The position numbers and the translations under genes were made by a program. A DNA stretch of 54,261 bases. Source: Nocardioidaceae bacterium. GTDB lineage: Bacteria; Actinomycetota; Actinomycetes; Propionibacteriales; Nocardioidaceae. This document shows positions 1 through 9,374 of this stretch, one piece after another. The stretch lies in the NCBI GenBank assembly GCA_035249775.1, contig DATFGA010000295.1, positions 1-54,261 of the forward strand, in the 5' to 3' direction. The notes under the pieces were generated by a model. The model was not told the origin of the DNA and searched no databases. It saw only the letters and a list, made by a program, of their open reading frames with translations. Each line of letters starts with the position of its first letter. Positions within the stretch are counted from its first letter, which is position 1.

Positions 1-33
1 AGGCAGGACGAACGACATGGGAGCACGGGGCCG

Positions 34-1179
34 TTGCGGCCGACCGAGGTAGAGAGACCATCGTTCGGGGCGCTCCGCGTGCTGGTGCTCGCGGCGGCGG
101 TCCTCATCCCTGTCGTGCTCGCAGTGTTTCTGCTCGGCAGGGACACGGACCCTGAAACGTCAGGGACGACCAGCGGCTCCTTCTACGCATTCGACACCGT
201 CACTGTCACGAGCGACTTCGATGTCGCGGGCAGCGGGAAGAACGTCGACTCGATCGCGTTCTGGGAGGGGCCGACGGCGGCCGAGTCGCTGATGTTCGTG
301 ACGAGCAAGAACGTGTCAATGGTCGAGGTGTGGCGGTATCCGTTCAACGCGCCCGCACGGGAGGCGAAGGAACTGACCCATACCTGCCTGGAGGCCTCCG
401 AGGAGAGCGCCACCAACGGGGTCATCGTCGACCAGAAGGCGGACCTGCTCTACGTCGCCTCCAACTTCAGTCCCAACGTGTGCGTCTTCTCGCTGCCGGA
501 CCTGACACATCGCACGACGATCACCTCCGGCGCCGCGTACGACGTCGAGCCGAACCTCGCCCTCCTGAAGCTGCCGGACGGATCCACGAGGCTGTACGTC
601 TCCGATGACGAGATCGTCCATGTCCACGACGCCACGACCGGCCGGAAGCTGTCGCAGTTCACTCCCGAGGAGGGGCTCGAGACGATGTGGGGCGACAGCC
701 AGGCCCAGGTGCTCTACATCCCGGACGAGAACGATCGCACCGGCGTCTACGCGTACCAGCCGGACGGGACGCCGTACCTGCGCGACGGCAGGGACTTCTT
801 CGGTGGCAGTGACATCATCGATGCCGACGCCGAGGGCATCCTCGAGTACACCTGCCCGGCCTCGGGGACGCGTGACAACGGCAACGGGCTGATCGTGGTG
901 TCGGACCAGATCGACACCGCATCGGTCGGCAACGACTACGAAGTCTTCGACCGGCTCACGTGGAGTCATCTGGGCACGATCAAGCTCAGACTCCCCGGCG
1001 GCACCGACTTCGTGTTCAACACCGACGGCATCGGCACCACCCAGCAGGCCTCCCCCCGCTACCCGGGCGGTCTGTTCACCGCGATCCATGACGACACGAG
1101 TGTGGCGGGCGTCGGATGGGACAAGATCTTCGACGCCATCTCGGCTCAGAACGGCGACACCTTCAGCTGCGGCGGTTGA
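34..1179 (+). CDS. Membrane-anchored beta-propeller phytase-like protein
   Basis: N-terminal TM helix. Motifs DSIAFW, FVTSK, DAEGI, IVVSDQ, TDGI and YPGGLFTA resemble beta-propeller phytases. The frame is open to the window edge, so the start is uncertain. Confidence 0.65.
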   Translation: MRPTEVERPSFGALRVLVLAAAVLIPVVLAVFLLGRDTDPETSGTTSGSFYAFDTVTVTSDFDVAGSGKNVDSIAFWEGPTAAESLMFVTSKNVSMVEVWRYPFNAPAREAKELTHTCLEASEESATNGVIVDQKADLLYVASNFSPNVCVFSLPDLTHRTTITSGAAYDVEPNLALLKLPDGSTRLYVSDDEIVHVHDATTGRKLSQFTPEEGLETMWGDSQAQVLYIPDENDRTGVYAYQPDGTPYLRDGRDFFGGSDIIDADAEGILEYTCPASGTRDNGNGLIVVSDQIDTASVGNDYEVFDRLTWSHLGTIKLRLPGGTDFVFNTDGIGTTQQASPRYPGGLFTAIHDDTSVAGVGWDKIFDAISAQNGDTFSCGG

Positions 1180-1218
1180 CGCGAGCACCGGTGTTGTGCG
1201 GCACGACACAATGGGCTG

Positions 1219-1683
1219 ATGAGACGCCGCAGTCTCCGAACGCAGCTGATCCTCGGCGCCGTCGTGGCGCTGCTGGTGCTCGTCGCCGTGCCCGTGGTGT
1301 TCCTGGCCGGCCGGGACGGCATCGACGCGGTCGAGTCCGGGGACGGGAGCACGGCGATCGAGCGGATGCTCGTAGCGCTGGTGGCCGTTGCGGTCCCGGT
1401 GATCGCGATCGCGGCGTACGCGCACTGGCTCTGGGTGACGTCCCGGCCGCAGCAACCACACCGTGAGCACGTCCCGTCACGGACGGAAGAGGTCCTGCTC
1501 GGCGCGGCGGTCGCTGCGGTCGCCATCGCGGCGTGGCCGGTCGCCACCTACGCCGCCAGCGAGTCGCTGGACGCGTTCGAGGCGCGGGCGTTGACCAGCG
1601 GTGTGCTTTATGGGCTGCTCGGCATCGTCTACGTCGCGTTCGCGCTGTTCTGCCTGGTCCGCTACATCCGCTGGGTGCGCTGA
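1219..1683 (+). CDS. Hypothetical membrane protein (4 TM)
   Basis: 154 aa, four hydrophobic segments, ATG start. Confidence 0.7.
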   Translation: MRRRSLRTQLILGAVVALLVLVAVPVVFLAGRDGIDAVESGDGSTAIERMLVALVAVAVPVIAIAAYAHWLWVTSRPQQPHREHVPSRTEEVLLGAAVAAVAIAAWPVATYAASESLDAFEARALTSGVLYGLLGIVYVAFALFCLVRYIRWVR

Positions 1684-1762
1684 TGCGGTTGTTGTCGTCT
1701 CGTGACCCACACGCCGGGGGTCAGGCCGCGGTGGGCCTCCTCGGCGCGACATACTCTGCCGC

Positions 1763-2074
1763 GTGAGCACCGGAGGGCGACGCGCGGACAGGCAGGGTCT
1801 GGTCGGCTCGACCCCGCTCCCCTCCGTCGTCGCGACGCTGCTCGGCGCCGTGCTGTCCGGGGTCGCCTGGGTCTACCTGGTCCGTGCCGCGATCGACTTC
1901 GGCCGGCTCGCCCGCGACGGCCAGTCGCAGGCCTGGCTGTTCACCGGTGCCGCATCGCTCGGTGCGGTGGTGTGCCTGTTCCTGCTGCTCGTGCTCGTCG
2001 CCCGAGCTCTGCGCGCGTTGGGCATCGTCAGCGACTACAAGCCACGCCGTGCGGCCGCACGCCGCCGTGACTGA
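1763..2074 (+). CDS. Small membrane protein (2 TM, basic C-terminal tail)
   Basis: Two hydrophobic helices, ends DYKPRRAAARRRD. Confidence 0.65.
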   Translation: MSTGGRRADRQGLVGSTPLPSVVATLLGAVLSGVAWVYLVRAAIDFGRLARDGQSQAWLFTGAASLGAVVCLFLLLVLVARALRALGIVSDYKPRRAAARRRD

Positions 2075-2077
2075 GTT

Positions 2078-2404
2078 TCACCCGAACGTTCCGTCGTCGG
2101 CGCCCTCATTGCGCGACAGCTCGCGCAGCAGGTCGAGGTCGCAGTCCCACATCTCGAGCATCTGCTGGTCGGCCGGGTCGGGATCCTCGACGTCGGAGCC
2201 GCTCAGGAAGGTCAGGCAGTAGAGCCTGTCGCTGTCCGCCTTCTGCTCCTGTGCGATCACGAAGCTGCCGGTTGCTGATGCGGCGGTGACCAGGAGCAGG
2301 ACCACCACCGCGATCCGGAACGCCTGGAGCGACAGCAGCTGTCGTGGTTCGTCGTCCTGGGATGCGCCGTCGTCGGGCCCCAGGTACTCGTGCGCGTCGC
2401 TCAT
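2078..2404 (-). CDS. Hypothetical single-TM protein
   Basis: 108 aa with a GAAGGGA SD-like site, directly downstream of the DUF2254 gene. Confidence 0.6.
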   Translation of the reverse strand: MSDAHEYLGPDDGASQDDEPRQLLSLQAFRIAVVVLLLVTAASATGSFVIAQEQKADSDRLYCLTFLSGSDVEDPDPADQQMLEMWDCDLDLLRELSRNEGADDGTFG

Positions 2405-2411
2405 GATGGTC

Positions 2412-3740
2412 CTATCCCTTCGAAGCCGCGGTCACCAGCTCGTCGTACCGCTCCTCGATGCCCTGCCGGTCCGCCTCGCTCGGCACCGACGCACACGCCG
2501 CCTCCATGACCAGCCGGCCTTCGGTGAGCAGCGGCTCCATCCGCTCCGGCCTGGTCACGCAGCCGGCGATCCGGGTGAGCGCCTCGAGCAGGTGCACGTA
2601 GACCGGTGCGTGGAAGTCCGCGCACTGCCGCACCTGGTCGAACGCCACGCCGATCAGCCGCCCGAACGTGACCGGGTCGCCGATCACCACCCGCACCACA
2701 CCTTCAGGATCCGCCAACGCCCGCGGCGGGAAGGCGCGGCCGGCGGCCTCGCACAGCCCGACGCTCATCTCGTCGACGCAGGTCGAAGCGGTGAACGGGT
2801 CGTTGATGCCCGGCGACAGCGAACGCACCGCGACCTCGGCGAGCTGCCGGATCGGGAACTCCACGTCCTGCACCGGGGTGCGCCGCGAGCCCGTCACCAG
2901 GGCGGCCGCGATGTCCGCCGCGAGCTCGTCGGTCACCCGCGCCGCCGGCCAGGCATGCGCGAGCGTGGAGGACGGTACGACGAAGCGGCCCGGTCGGACC
3001 TCGATCCGGAGCTGCAGATCGTGCGCGCAGGCGAGGGCCACCAGACCTTCGAGGTCGAGGATCTGCACGTAGCCACTGCTCCTCGCCTCGACCCGACGTG
3101 CCTCACCGGTATCGGGCAGGTCGGGCGGCGTCGACTCCTCGACGTCCTCGAGGTGGTCGGCGTCCGGGAACAGATGGTGGATCCCGTTGCGGAGCTCGCC
3201 GCCGATCGAGGCGACCAGGCTCGGCGCCTGGATCGACATCGACACGTGGTGGATGAAGTAGATCAGCACCGACAGGCCGGCGATCGCCAGCGCCACCGCG
3301 ACGGTGACGCCGACGTCCGGCACGCTCTCGGGCTGGTCGGTGCGGATGGTGCGCAGCACGAGCAGGCAGTAGAGGAACGTGGCGATGAACGTGCCGAGCG
3401 TCAGCTGGTTGCCGCGGTCGCGGGTGAACCGCTCGAGCAGCCGGGGCCCGAACTGGCTGGAGGCGAGCGTCAGCGCCACGATCGTGATCGAGAAGACCAC
3501 GCCGGCGACGGTGATCATCGACGCCGCGATCGTGCCGAGCACCTCGCGGGCTCCGTCCGGGCCGCCGGAGTAGACGATCGTGTGCAGACCGGGGATCGCC
3601 TTCAGGTCCTCATCGCTGAGGTGGTCGTCGAGGGTGAGCGTGAGCACCGCGAGGACGACCGCTCCGAGCGTCATCAGCGCGGGTGTGAACCAGAAGCTGT
3701 TGCGCAGCCGGTCGCGGAGAAAGCTGAATCGCGCTGCCAT
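2412..3740 (-). CDS. DUF2254 family membrane protein
   Basis: SFWFTP, ASSQFGPRLL and LSPGINDPFTA motifs. Start taken at the ATG of MAARFS after GAAGGGAG. Confidence 0.85.
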   Translation of the reverse strand: MAARFSFLRDRLRNSFWFTPALMTLGAVVLAVLTLTLDDHLSDEDLKAIPGLHTIVYSGGPDGAREVLGTIAASMITVAGVVFSITIVALTLASSQFGPRLLERFTRDRGNQLTLGTFIATFLYCLLVLRTIRTDQPESVPDVGVTVAVALAIAGLSVLIYFIHHVSMSIQAPSLVASIGGELRNGIHHLFPDADHLEDVEESTPPDLPDTGEARRVEARSSGYVQILDLEGLVALACAHDLQLRIEVRPGRFVVPSSTLAHAWPAARVTDELAADIAAALVTGSRRTPVQDVEFPIRQLAEVAVRSLSPGINDPFTASTCVDEMSVGLCEAAGRAFPPRALADPEGVVRVVIGDPVTFGRLIGVAFDQVRQCADFHAPVYVHLLEALTRIAGCVTRPERMEPLLTEGRLVMEAACASVPSEADRQGIEERYDELVTAASKG

Positions 3741-3886
3741 CCCGCTCCCTTCTCCCCCGGCCCTCGGCAGTCGCCCGCGCCGTCGTACTGGCAACCTATC
3801 TGCCGGGCGGCTCAACGACGGTGTTCTGAGCGACCGAGCGCGTGGCACAGTGGAAGCACGAGCTCGCTCGACCCCGGGAGGACCCG

Positions 3887-4066
3887 ATGAGCAACGCCTT
3901 GGTACGACCGCGGGAGCGCTGGATCGCCGGCGTCTGCTCCGGACTCGCCCGACGGTTCGACATGTCACCGGGAACGGTGCGGCTGCTGTTCGTGATCAGC
4001 TGCATCCTGCCCGGGCCGCAGTTCCTGATCTACATCGTCCTCTGGGTGATGATGCCCTCGGAGTGA
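3887..4066 (+). CDS. PspC domain protein
   Basis: WIAGVCSGLARRF...VRLLFV...YIVLWVMMP, with GGGAGGA SD. Confidence 0.85.
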   Translation: MSNALVRPRERWIAGVCSGLARRFDMSPGTVRLLFVISCILPGPQFLIYIVLWVMMPSE

Positions 4067-5343
4067 GCGAGCTCCGGCTCCACGCCGTGGTGCCTGATCG
4101 CCCTTGCGAAGAGCACGAGGGTCGGCGCGAGCAGCATCGCGCCGGTCGCGAGCGCGGCGCGGACGCCCCATCGGTTGCCGACCGCACCCAGCGCTGGCCC
4201 GCCGGTCCACTCGCCGAAGCTGCCGGAGATGCTGGTGATCGACAGCACCGTCGCGCGCACCGACGAGTCGGTGATCGTCCCGTTCAACCAGGCCTGGAAC
4301 GGCGGAGCGGTGAGGTCGCGTACGACGGACGTGGCCAGGAAGGCGATCGCGGCAAGGACGAGTGAACCGGCGAGTGCGAAGCCGAGGGCGCAGACCATGA
4401 GGATCGCGTGCAGCGCGAACAGCAGCCGGGCGAGCCGTTCCGGGCGCAGCCGCTCGACCCGCTTGACCAGGGGCGCGGCGACCGCGAACGACAGGATCAG
4501 GGTCGCGGCACCGAAGAGGCCGAACCAGACCACGTCGCCGAGCCCGCCGACCTCCGGCAGGCCGACCTCGAGCAGCAGGTGCGCCTCCCACAGCCGGTCG
4601 AAGCCCTCCTCGAACGCGCCGAGGAAGAAGAAGATGCCGAGGATGAGCAACAGGATCGGGCTCGCCCTGATCAGGGTGGCGCCCTGGCCGGTCGTGGTCC
4701 GCAGGGCCTCCAGCGGCTTCGTGGAGATACGGCGCTCCGGTCGGCTGAAGCCGGTCTCGGTCATCGCCGCGGACAGGTAGGCCGCGAGCACGAGCGTCGT
4801 ACCGCCGGCCACCACGAACGGCAGGCGCAGGTCGACGAGCGCGAGCGCCACCGCGACAACGATGCCGAGCAGTCCGGTGACCCGGGCGACCTGGGCGCCG
4901 CGCTGGTACGCCGGACCCAAGCCCTCCGGGCCGACCTCGTCGGCGAGCCAGGCGTCCTCGGCGCCGCTGCGAAACGTCCAGCCGAAGCCCCACAGCGCCA
5001 TCGCGGCGATCACGAAGCCGACCTCCGGCAGCGCTCCGATCGCCACCATCGCCGCACCGGACACCACCGCCCCGATGATGATCGAGAGCCGGCGGGAGTA
5101 GAGGTCCGCGATCACCCCGGTCGGCACCTCGAACAGGAAGTAGGCCAGCTCCAGCGCCGTGCCCGCGAGCACCAGCTGCAGCGGTGACATTCCCACGTCG
5201 CGGATGAAGTACACCGCGGCGGTAGTCCACGACAGCGTGCCGACGAAGCCCCAGACTCCGCGGTAGACCAGCCACATCCGGAGGGCGGGTAGCTGTAGGC
5301 GGGTCACGCGGGCGATCGTCGTCGGTATCCCCGCGCCGCGCAA
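4030..5343 (-). CDS. MFS transporter
   Basis: FEVPTGVIADLYSRR motif A and about 12 TM segments. The start may be about 36 nt downstream. Confidence 0.85.
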   Translation of the reverse strand: MRGAGIPTTIARVTRLQLPALRMWLVYRGVWGFVGTLSWTTAAVYFIRDVGMSPLQLVLAGTALELAYFLFEVPTGVIADLYSRRLSIIIGAVVSGAAMVAIGALPEVGFVIAAMALWGFGWTFRSGAEDAWLADEVGPEGLGPAYQRGAQVARVTGLLGIVVAVALALVDLRLPFVVAGGTTLVLAAYLSAAMTETGFSRPERRISTKPLEALRTTTGQGATLIRASPILLLILGIFFFLGAFEEGFDRLWEAHLLLEVGLPEVGGLGDVVWFGLFGAATLILSFAVAAPLVKRVERLRPERLARLLFALHAILMVCALGFALAGSLVLAAIAFLATSVVRDLTAPPFQAWLNGTITDSSVRATVLSITSISGSFGEWTGGPALGAVGNRWGVRAALATGAMLLAPTLVLFARAIRHHGVEPELAHSEGIITQRTM

Positions 5344-5374
5344 CTGTTTACCAGCCGGTCACGCGTCGGGTGAC

Positions 5375-6004
5375 TTGGCGGGTTCTGTCAGGATCGGTCG
5401 GGTGACCAGCCGCATGGTGCTTCCCGCCGCCGTCCTCCTCTGCCTCGGACTCGCGGCGGGCTGCGGCTCCTCGTCCCCGACCTCTTCGTCATCGGACGCC
5501 TCCTCGTCCGTCTCGCCGTCCGAGGCCACGTCTCCGTCCCCCTCCTCGGGTAGGTCGCCAGACTTGCCGGATCCTGCCGCTGCCGGTGATGCGCCGTCAC
5601 TTCCCGCTGCAGCCGAGGGCGCCTCGACGGAAGCCGCGCAGGCGTTCATCCAGCACTGGGTCGACACGTTGAACTACGCCACCGACACCGGCGACACCGC
5701 CGCCTTGAAGAAGCTGGCCGCGACGGACTGCAGCGCGTGCGCCGACTTCTCCCGGACGCTGGACCAGATCTACGGCGCCGGCGGCCACGTGGAGACCGAC
5801 GGCTGGCACCTGCAGTCGGCGGTGCCGCTGGCCGGTGAGCCCGCGACCGAGCCGGGCTTCCAGCTCGCGCTGAAGCTCGAACCGCAGAAGGTGTTCGGCA
5901 CCGGAGATGCCCAGCCGCAGTCCTATGCCGGTGGTGACCAGGCGATGCGGATGTTCCTGGTCCGCCAGGACGACGCGTGGCTGGTCAGCCGGATCGACAT
6001 CTGA
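5375..6004 (+). CDS. Lipoprotein, DUF6318-like
   Basis: Lipobox LAAGC, Ser/Pro linker, AFIQHWVDTLNYA..TGDT..CSAC. Confidence 0.7.
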   Translation: MAGSVRIGRVTSRMVLPAAVLLCLGLAAGCGSSSPTSSSSDASSSVSPSEATSPSPSSGRSPDLPDPAAAGDAPSLPAAAEGASTEAAQAFIQHWVDTLNYATDTGDTAALKKLAATDCSACADFSRTLDQIYGAGGHVETDGWHLQSAVPLAGEPATEPGFQLALKLEPQKVFGTGDAQPQSYAGGDQAMRMFLVRQDDAWLVSRIDI

Positions 6005-6030
6005 CCCGGGCGGTCAGGCAGGATGACGCC

Positions 6031-6732
6031 ATGCCCTCCCGACCCGACCTCGCCGGCCTGGGGTACGGCGTGCTCGCCGTCATCGACACCGCGCTGGCCG
6101 GCGCGGGCCCCACGAGCAAGCGGCTCCGGCGCCTCACCAAGCCGCTGCTGATGCCGGTCCTCATGGCTGCGTTCACCGCGGCGACACCCGGTCGGCAGGA
6201 CGCGCTGCGCCGAGGCACGCTCGCTGCGGAAGCCTTCTCCTGGGCTGGCGACGTTGCCCTCCTCGGATCGAGCCGCCGCGCCTTCCTCGCCGGAGTCGGT
6301 TCGTTCGCGGCTGCCCATGTCGCCTACAGCGCCGGCTTCGTCGCCGCACGAAAGCGCGGCTCGGACGTCGCCGGACCTGGAACTGCTGCAGCTGTCGCAA
6401 GCTGGCTCGTGCTCACTCCGGTGGTCGCGACCGCAGCAGGCAAGCGAGATCCCGCCCTGCGGATCCCGGTCGCCGGCTACGCCACCTTGCTCTGCACCAT
6501 GTTCGCCGCCTCGACGCGGCTCGACCCGAGCTTTCCCGCGGAGGTCCGGCGCCGCATCGTCCTCGGCACGTCGTTGTTCCTGGTCTCCGACACCGTCCTC
6601 GCTGTCAACAAGTTCCTCCGCAGCGACCCCGACGCGCGCCTCGATGCCTTCGTGATGGCGACCTACACGGCCGGGCAGTGGCTGATCGCGGACGGCGTTG
6701 CGCACACCGCCGGGCCGCAGAGCGCCGTCTAG
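6031..6732 (+). CDS. YhhN/lysoplasmalogenase family membrane protein
   Basis: TKPLLMP, FSWAGDVAL, F..AH, LFLVSD, TYTAGQ. Confidence 0.85.
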   Translation: MPSRPDLAGLGYGVLAVIDTALAGAGPTSKRLRRLTKPLLMPVLMAAFTAATPGRQDALRRGTLAAEAFSWAGDVALLGSSRRAFLAGVGSFAAAHVAYSAGFVAARKRGSDVAGPGTAAAVASWLVLTPVVATAAGKRDPALRIPVAGYATLLCTMFAASTRLDPSFPAEVRRRIVLGTSLFLVSDTVLAVNKFLRSDPDARLDAFVMATYTAGQWLIADGVAHTAGPQSAV

Positions 6733-6770
6733 AACCCGGACGTCGTCTGATCCAGCCGCCTGGACAAGCG

Positions 6771-6812
6771 GCAGGGGCGGGTCCACATCCGAAGACGTGA
6801 GCCCGCCCCTGC
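6771..6812. terminator. Hairpin between convergent genes
   Basis: GCAGGGGCGGG (6771-6781) / CCCGCCCCTGC (6802-6812). Confidence 0.45.
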
Positions 6813-6885
6813 TCTTCCCCTCATCGCCGACTACGGGTCGAAGGAAGCCGGCGAAAAGAACTACACGGCTGGTCAGCCGACTGGA

Positions 6886-7266
6886 TCACCCGACCGGAAC
6901 CGCGATCTCCTGGCCCGCGACCAAAGATGCTCCGCTCAGCGCGTTCAGCTCCTGGATCTGGTGGATCATCTCGCGCACCTCACCGGGCTCCGCGACAGTG
7001 GAGGCGATGCCCCACAGGGTGTCGCCCTGGCCCACCTCGACGGTGCGCGTCGGCACTGGAGCGCCGGCCTCCCCAGTGGCGGCGGACTGGCCGCCGAACA
7101 CGGTCAGTGCAGCGAACACCAGCGCCACGAAGGCCACCAGGAACACCAGCCGCCCGCGTCGCGTCAGCCGCATTCCAGCGGTGGTCGACGTGCGAGCGGG
7201 ACGCGCCGGACGGCGTACGGCGGCGCGGGTGCTTCCGAAACCTGGGGTGACTGCAATGGTGCTCAT
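6886..7266 (-). CDS. LysM-domain membrane protein, SOS cell-division inhibitor-like (YneA/ChiZ type)
   Basis: MRLTRRGRLV followed by a TM segment and LysM (VGQGDTLWGIA...IQELN...LVAGQEI). AGGAGG SD, upstream SOS boxes, near lexA. Confidence 0.85.
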   Translation of the reverse strand: MSTIAVTPGFGSTRAAVRRPARPARTSTTAGMRLTRRGRLVFLVAFVALVFAALTVFGGQSAATGEAGAPVPTRTVEVGQGDTLWGIASTVAEPGEVREMIHQIQELNALSGASLVAGQEIAVPVG

Positions 7267-7407
7267 CTGAGACCTCCTGGGGAAGGAGACGGCCCGGGTG
7301 GCCGTTCGGTCGGTCGTGCGGTGCTGCGCTTCGTTCATGAACAGATGTCTATCGAGGCCCACCGACAGTTTCGGATCCGAAGGACCGAAACCTGGCCGTC
7401 AAAGCCT

Positions 7408-7491
7408 TCGAAGACCTGTTCGATCGAACATGTGTACGAACGTAGAGCATGTGTTCGAACGAATCAAGCATCAGCCCGAACAACTGTTCGA
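7408..7491. promoter_or_regulatory. Cluster of four actinobacterial LexA (SOS) boxes
   Basis: Against TCGAAC-N4-GTTCGA: TCGAAGACCTGTTCGA 7408-7423, TCGAACATGTGTACGA 7424-7439, TAGAGCATGTGTTCGA 7443-7458, CCGAACAACTGTTCGA 7476-7491. Confidence 0.85.
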
Positions 7492-7742
7492 ACGGCGTGT
7501 CGTGACTCCCCCAGGAGATGCACACGCCAAACGCGTCTAAGAGTGGTTGCTCATCGCATGCGTCGCGTGGGCAGGCCCTTGCCTGTGTCCCGGCGCCGGG
7601 TGGGGTCGGCTTTCGGCCGGGTTGACGCATCACCGGAAGTGGTCAAGAACGACACGTTCGCGGCACCGAACCGGCCGATATTTGACCAGTTCGCTGCCGA
7701 ACGGTGGACGCCCCACGAGCTGCCCGCCGGCCAAACGCGGCT

Positions 7743-8552
7743 TTAGCGTTGGCGGCTGAGCGTCCGCCGCCCCAGCCACCGGAACACCGGCTCGCCCTTC
7801 ATCCCGATCGAGGGCGCCAGCGCGGTCGCCCGCACCACTCCCCCGCGCCACCCGGGCAGGGTCCGGACCACGCGCGACGTACCGAGCAGCGCGACCGCCT
7901 CCGCGGCCACCGTCTCCGCGGAGAGCAGCCCGCCGCCCGAGTGCACCAGCGCCTTGGCCTGTCCGTCCGCGGCCATCGCCGCCACCATCTCGGTCGCCAC
8001 CCCGTCCGGGCAGAGCGCGTGCACCCGGACCCGACGTGGCGCTTCCGCGTTCACCGACCCGGACAACGACACCACGGCGGCCTTCGTCGCGGCGTACACG
8101 CTCAGCCCCGGCACCGGTCCGAGGCCCGACAGCGACGCGATGTTGACGATGTCGCCGCCCTGGTCGTCGAACGCGTCGATCGCGGCCCGCATCCCCCAGA
8201 TCGTGCCGAGCAGGTTGACGTCCACCAGCCGCTGCACCGCCTCCGAGGACAGTCCGGCCAGGGACCCGTCGTCGCCGACCCCTGCGTTGTTGAACCATGC
8301 CGCGAGCCGCCCGTGCTCGAGCGCGGCAGCTGCCACCGCCGCGTGCGAGGCCTCGTCCCGGACGTCCTGGCCGAGACCGGCGACCGCGCCGATCTCGTCG
8401 GCAGTACGTCGCACCGCGGACTCGTCGCGGTCGGTGAGCACCACCTGATGACCGCGACGGACCAGGAGCTCGGCGATGGCACGACCGATGCCGCGAGCCC
8501 CGCCGGTGACCACGGCGGACGACGGCTGGGAGGAGGGTGAGGTGGGTTGCAT
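7743..8552 (-). CDS. SDR family oxidoreductase
   Basis: TGGARGIG, NNAG, S..YAATK. Confidence 0.9.
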   Translation of the reverse strand: MQPTSPSSQPSSAVVTGGARGIGRAIAELLVRRGHQVVLTDRDESAVRRTADEIGAVAGLGQDVRDEASHAAVAAAALEHGRLAAWFNNAGVGDDGSLAGLSSEAVQRLVDVNLLGTIWGMRAAIDAFDDQGGDIVNIASLSGLGPVPGLSVYAATKAAVVSLSGSVNAEAPRRVRVHALCPDGVATEMVAAMAADGQAKALVHSGGGLLSAETVAAEAVALLGTSRVVRTLPGWRGGVVRATALAPSIGMKGEPVFRWLGRRTLSRQR

Positions 8553-8579
8553 GGGAACAGAACCTACCGACACGCCCGT

Positions 8580-8595
8580 TCGAACAGATGTTTGA
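8580..8595. promoter_or_regulatory. LexA SOS box upstream of lexA and the SDR gene
   Basis: TCGAACAGATGTTTGA (15/16 to the palindromic consensus). Confidence 0.85.
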
Positions 8596-8667
8596 ACACG
8601 TCTGTGGATCGGTCTACCTTGTATCCAACGGGCAGAACGGGCGCAGGAACAGCGAGAGGGAACGGCG

Positions 8668-9372
8668 ATGGCAGCAGGCAAAGGCACCCGCACGGGCAAG
8701 GCAGGCAAGGTCGCCGAGCTCCCCGACGGCCCTCCCGACGCGACCGGACTGACCCCACGCCAGCAGCGCGTGCTCAACGTGATCCGTGACTCGATCGAGC
8801 ACCGTGGATACCCGCCGAGCATGCGCGAGATCGGCGAGAAGGTCGGGCTGACCAGCTCCTCCTCCGTCGCCCACCAGCTCCGCACGCTCGAGGAGAAGGG
8901 CTTCCTCAAGCGCGACCCGAACCGCCCCCGCGCCCTTCAGGTGTTCAGCCCCGACGAGGCGGTCGTCGACGAGACCGGGATCGGCGACGCGATGCCCGCG
9001 GCGACCTACGTCCCGATGGTCGGCCGGATCGCCGCCGGCGGCCCGATCCTCGCCGAGGAGCGGGTCGAGGAGATCTTCCCGCTGCCCAAGACCCTGGTCG
9101 GCGAGGGCACCCTGTTCCTGCTCGAAGTGTCCGGCGACTCGATGATCGACGCCGCAATCTGCAACGGGGACTACGTCGTGGTCCGTCAGCAGCCCAACGC
9201 CGAGAACGGTGAGATCGTCGCCGCGATGCTCGACGGTGAGGCGACCGTGAAGACGTTCCAGCGCAAGGACGGCCAGGTCTGGTTGCTCCCTCACAACGAG
9301 CAGTACGACCCGATCGACGGCACCCATGCCACGATCCTCGGCAAGGTCACCGCGGTCCTGCGCCGCATGTAG
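8668..9372 (+). CDS. lexA: SOS repressor LexA
   Basis: [10 protein letters not shown] wHTH, IAAG cleavage site, GDSM serine and ATVK lysine of the S24 peptidase. Confidence 0.97.
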   Translation: MAAGKGTRTGKAGKVAELPDGPPDATGLTPRQQRVLNVIRDSIEHRGYPPSMREIGEKVGLTSSSSVAHQLRTLEEKGFLKRDPNRPRALQVFSPDEAVVDETGIGDAMPAATYVPMVGRIAAGGPILAEERVEEIFPLPKTLVGEGTLFLLEVSGDSMIDAAICNGDYVVVRQQPNAENGEIVAAMLDGEATVKTFQRKDGQVWLLPHNEQYDPIDGTHATILGKVTAVLRRM

Positions 9373-9374
9373 CA

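Noticed and set aside
7500-7742. ncRNA or riboswitch between the SOS boxes and the SDR end
   Set aside because: Only short GC-rich stems and no recognisable family motif.
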